A stretch of DNA of 38,902 nucleotides, from NCBI GenBank assembly GCA_028287625.1, contig JAQBPH010000262.1, positions 1 through 38,902 on the forward strand, in the 5' to 3' direction. Shown in pieces: positions 36,195 through 38,902 of the stretch. The notes under the pieces were generated by a model. The model worked only from the letters and a program-made list of their open reading frames with translations. It had not been told where the DNA came from and searched no databases. Numbering within the stretch: position 1 is the first letter of the stretch; every line of letters begins with the position of its first letter. A program made the translations under genes and the position numbers. This stretch comes from Chloroflexota bacterium. GTDB lineage: Bacteria > Chloroflexota > Dormibacteria > Aeolococcales > Aeolococcaceae.

Positions 36195-36637
36195 CGGCGG
36201 TGCGCGGCGTCCGCGGCGCCACCACCGTGGAGGCGGACGACCCGGTGGGCATCGTGGAGGCCACCCGGGAGATGCTCGCCGCCCTCATCGAGGCCAACGG
36301 GATCGACCCCGAGCAGGTGGCCGGCGCCTGGTTCACCACCTCGCCCGACCTGCACAGCGAGTTCCCCGCCGTGGCCGCGCGCCAGCTCGGATGGGTCGAC
36401 GTCCCGCTGATCTGCGGACAGGAGATGGACGTCCCCTACGCGAACTCGCGCAGCATCCCCCGGTGCGTGCGCGTCCTGATCCTCGTCAACACCGAGCGCG
36501 GCCAGCGCGAGGTGCGCCACATCTACCTGCGCGGCGCGCGCGCCATCAAAGAGGAGCTGGAGCGCGCCCGCACCGGTCAGCTGCCCGAGCCCGCCACCGC
36601 CAGCCACGGGCAGCGGCCCTCCGAGGTCCACCGATGA
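36191..36637 (+). CDS. aroH: Chorismate mutase, AroH (B. subtilis monofunctional) type
   Basis: [11 protein letters not shown]...FTTSPDL...FPAVAAR..GW..VPL...EM.V......IPRCVRVLI pattern. GTGA overlap with trpA. Confidence 0.85.
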   Translation: MTAVRGVRGATTVEADDPVGIVEATREMLAALIEANGIDPEQVAGAWFTTSPDLHSEFPAVAARQLGWVDVPLICGQEMDVPYANSRSIPRCVRVLILVNTERGQREVRHIYLRGARAIKEELERARTGQLPEPATASHGQRPSEVHR

Positions 36638-37692
36638 TCATCGTCATGAAGTCCGGCGCCAGCCGAGCCGACATCGACCGCATCTGCGGAAGGGTCGAGG
36701 CGCGCGGCCTCAAGACCCATCTCAGCGAGGGTGAGGACCGCACCGTGATCGGCGTCATCGGCCACGACCCGTTCTCGGTGAAGGACGCGTTCACCCACGA
36801 TCCCTCGGTCGAGGACGTCATCCGTATCACCCGGCCGTACAAGCTGAGCGGCCGCGAGTTCCGCCGCTCCGACACCGTCATCACCCTGCCCAACGGGCTC
36901 GCCATCGGCGGCGACGAGGTGGTGATCATGGCCGGGCCCTGCAGCGTCGAGGGCGAGGAGATGCTGCTGGAGACCGCCCGCGCGGTTCGCGACGGCGGCG
37001 GCCACATCCTCCGGGGCGGGGCCTTCAAACCGCGCACCTCGCCGTACGCCTTCCAGGGCCTGGGGCGGGCCGGGCTCCAGCACCTCGCCGAGGCCCGGCG
37101 GCAGACCGGCCTGCCGGTGGTCACCGAGGTGATGACCCCGAGCGAGGTCGAGTCGGTCGCCGAGATCGCCGACATCGTCCAGATCGGCGCCCGCAACATG
37201 CAGAACTTCGACCTGCTCCGCGAGGTCGGCCGCCATAACCGTCCGGTGCTGCTCAAGCGTGGCCTCAGCAACACCATCGAGGAGTGGCTGCTCAGCGCCG
37301 AGTACGTGCTCTCCCAGGGGAACTACAACGTCATCCTCTGCGAGCGCGGCATCCGCACCTTCGAGACCATGACCCGCAACACCCTGGACATCGCCTGCGT
37401 GCCGCTGCTCGAGGAGCTGAGCCACCTGCCGGTGATCATCGACCCCTCGCACGGCACCGGACGCTGGTCGATGGTGGCCGCCTGCGCCCGCGCCGCGGTC
37501 GCCGCCGGCGCCGACGGGGTGATGATCGAGGTCCACCCGCGGCCCGACGAGGCGCTCTCCGACGGCCCGCAGTCGCTCACCCCGCAGAACTTCGCCGCGC
37601 TGGTGCCGCAGCTGCGCCGGGTGGCGGCGGCGGTGGGGAAGCGGCTCGCCGAGCCGGTGCGCACCGGCGCCGACACCGCCGTTGCCGGATAG
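36634..37692 (+). CDS. aroF: 3-deoxy-7-phosphoheptulonate (DAHP) synthase, type I-beta with N-terminal ferredoxin-like regulatory domain
   Basis: [17 protein letters not shown]...VIGVIG N-domain, then [53 protein letters not shown] and IDPSH. ATGA overlap. Confidence 0.92.
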   Translation: MIIVMKSGASRADIDRICGRVEARGLKTHLSEGEDRTVIGVIGHDPFSVKDAFTHDPSVEDVIRITRPYKLSGREFRRSDTVITLPNGLAIGGDEVVIMAGPCSVEGEEMLLETARAVRDGGGHILRGGAFKPRTSPYAFQGLGRAGLQHLAEARRQTGLPVVTEVMTPSEVESVAEIADIVQIGARNMQNFDLLREVGRHNRPVLLKRGLSNTIEEWLLSAEYVLSQGNYNVILCERGIRTFETMTRNTLDIACVPLLEELSHLPVIIDPSHGTGRWSMVAACARAAVAAGADGVMIEVHPRPDEALSDGPQSLTPQNFAALVPQLRRVAAAVGKRLAEPVRTGADTAVAG

Positions 37693-37720
37693 GCCCGGGG
37701 GCGTGGGGGAGGGCCCCCCG

Positions 37721-38608
37721 GTGACGGCGGGCGCGGGCCCGCCCGGCAGCGTCGCGGTGGTGGGGCTGGGGCTGATCGGCGCCTCGCTGCTCGCCGCGCT
37801 CCGCGAGCGGCTGCCGGGGGTGCGCCGCATCGGCGTGGCCCGGCGCGCTGAGATCGCCCGGCGCGCCCTGGAGGACGGCCTCTGCGACGCCGCGGGCACC
37901 GGGCCCGAGCTGCTCGCCGGTGCCGGGGTGGTGGTGCTCTGCACCCCCGTCGACGCCATGGAGGGCTGGCTGCGGCGGTGCGCCGAGACCGCGCCGGAGT
38001 CCCGGGTCACCGACTGCGGCAGCACCAAGGCGTGGGTGTGCGAGCGGGGCGCCGAGCTGCTCGGCGAGGGCCGGTTCCTCGGCGGCCATCCCATGGCGGG
38101 CCGCGAGCGCAGCGGCTACGAGGCCGCCGAGGCCGGGCTCTTCGCGGGCTGCACCTGGGTGGTGACGCCCCGCCGCGAGGCCGACCTGGCCGGCTTCGCC
38201 CCCTGGCTGGCGGTGGTCGAGGCGCTCGGCGCCCGCCTCGAGGTGCTCGACGCCGCCACCCACGACGCCGCCGTCGCCGCCATCTCCCACCTGCCCTTCG
38301 CGCTCAGCGCCGCCCTGGTCCGCGCCGTGGCGGCCGGCCCGGCGTGGCCCGCGGCGCAGCGGCTGGCGGCCAGCGGCTTCCGCGACATGGCCAGGCTGGC
38401 GGGCGGTGACCCGGCGATGTACGCCGCGATCGCCCGCACCAACCCGGCGGCGATGCTCGGCGTCCTGGACCTTCTCGAGGCCGAGCTGGGCACGCTCCGT
38501 GGGCTGCTCGAGGGCGGCGAGGGCGGGCGGGAGTGGTTCGCCGCCGCCCGGGAGGTCCGCTCGACATGGCTGGCCGGCCGGGCCGCCGCGGGCAGGGCGG
38601 TCCGGTGA
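37721..38608 (+). CDS. tyrA: Prephenate dehydrogenase
   Basis: [13 protein letters not shown] Rossmann, [29 protein letters not shown] and [14 protein letters not shown] 37721 follows GGGGGAGGG. The track start at 37682 (TTG) is an alternative. Confidence 0.85.
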   Translation: MTAGAGPPGSVAVVGLGLIGASLLAALRERLPGVRRIGVARRAEIARRALEDGLCDAAGTGPELLAGAGVVVLCTPVDAMEGWLRRCAETAPESRVTDCGSTKAWVCERGAELLGEGRFLGGHPMAGRERSGYEAAEAGLFAGCTWVVTPRREADLAGFAPWLAVVEALGARLEVLDAATHDAAVAAISHLPFALSAALVRAVAAGPAWPAAQRLAASGFRDMARLAGGDPAMYAAIARTNPAAMLGVLDLLEAELGTLRGLLEGGEGGREWFAAAREVRSTWLAGRAAAGRAVR

Positions 38609-38902
38609 CCGAGGTGCGCCTGGAGGCGGCGCGGCGCGTCGACGGCGAGGTCACCGTGCCCGGCGACAAGTCGATCAGCCATCGCGCGCTGCTGCTCGGC
38701 GCCATCGCCTCCGGCCGCAGCTACCTCGGCAACCTCTCACCGGCGGCCGACGTGGCGAGCACCGCGAGCTGCCTGGCCGCCTGCGGCGCGTGGCTGCGCC
38801 TCTTCGACGAGGGGAAGTGGGTGCTCGACGGCGCCGGGGTGGGACGCTCGCTGCGCAGCCCCGAAGCCGAGCTCGACTGCGGCAACTCCGGCACCACCAT
38901 GC
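38605..38902 (+). CDS. aroA: 3-phosphoshikimate 1-carboxyvinyltransferase (EPSP synthase), N-terminal part; gene continues beyond the window end
   Basis: Own translation from GTG 38605 (GTGA overlap with tyrA): [37 protein letters not shown]...LDCGNSGTTM. These are the canonical PGDKSISHR and GNSGTT motifs. Confidence 0.9.
   Translation, partial: MTEVRLEAARRVDGEVTVPGDKSISHRALLLGAIASGRSYLGNLSPAADVASTASCLAACGAWLRLFDEGKWVLDGAGVGRSLRSPEAELDCGNSGTTM

Overview
High-GC bacterial chromosomal window, about 70% G+C by eye, densely coded, with many 4-nt ATGA/GTGA start-stop overlaps. No rRNA, tRNA, CRISPR array, transposase or integrase was recognised. Contents from left to right follow. (1) A partial LuxR/LAL-type ATPase regulator. 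(2) A translationally coupled trio: GltD/PreT-like NAD(P)H oxidoreductase, pyruvate:ferredoxin oxidoreductase (NifJ type) and a dihydroorotate-dehydrogenase-like flavoprotein. (3) A Zn alcohol dehydrogenase, followed by a short decayed stretch with an MMPL-like C-terminal remnant and a truncated USP-like gene. (4) The most interesting block, about 9.2-23.1 kb, is a coenzyme M (CoM) related island. It holds a MetE-like Zn thiol-alkyltransferase (candidate epoxyalkane:CoM transferase) and an ADP-forming acyl-CoA synthetase. It also holds a divergent operon: comA (phosphosulfolactate synthase), an uncharacterised ORF, an adenylosuccinate-lyase-like lyase, a PLP D-cysteine-desulfhydrase-like enzyme and an argininosuccinate-lyase-like lyase. 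That enzyme-family set matches the bacterial xcb CoM pathway. A MEDS-domain protein plus GAF/PucR regulator pair follows, divergent from a disulfide oxidoreductase carrying the hallmarks of 2-ketopropyl-CoM oxidoreductase/carboxylase (2-KPCC). Two truncated gene remnants flank the biosynthetic operon. (5) A polymorphic-toxin-like locus: a WXG-type N-terminus fused to a PIN-like C-terminal domain, followed by three tandem paralogous CxxC...CxxC small genes (candidate immunity proteins). This part has visibly lower G+C. (6) A PucR regulator divergent from a ferritin-like di-iron protein. (7) A long co-directional aromatic amino acid supraoperon: acyP, aminotransferase, trpE, trpG, trpC, trpF, trpB, trpA, aroH, DAHP synthase, tyrA and aroA (partial). 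It has no trpD. All family calls come from reading motifs in the translations; no database search was possible.
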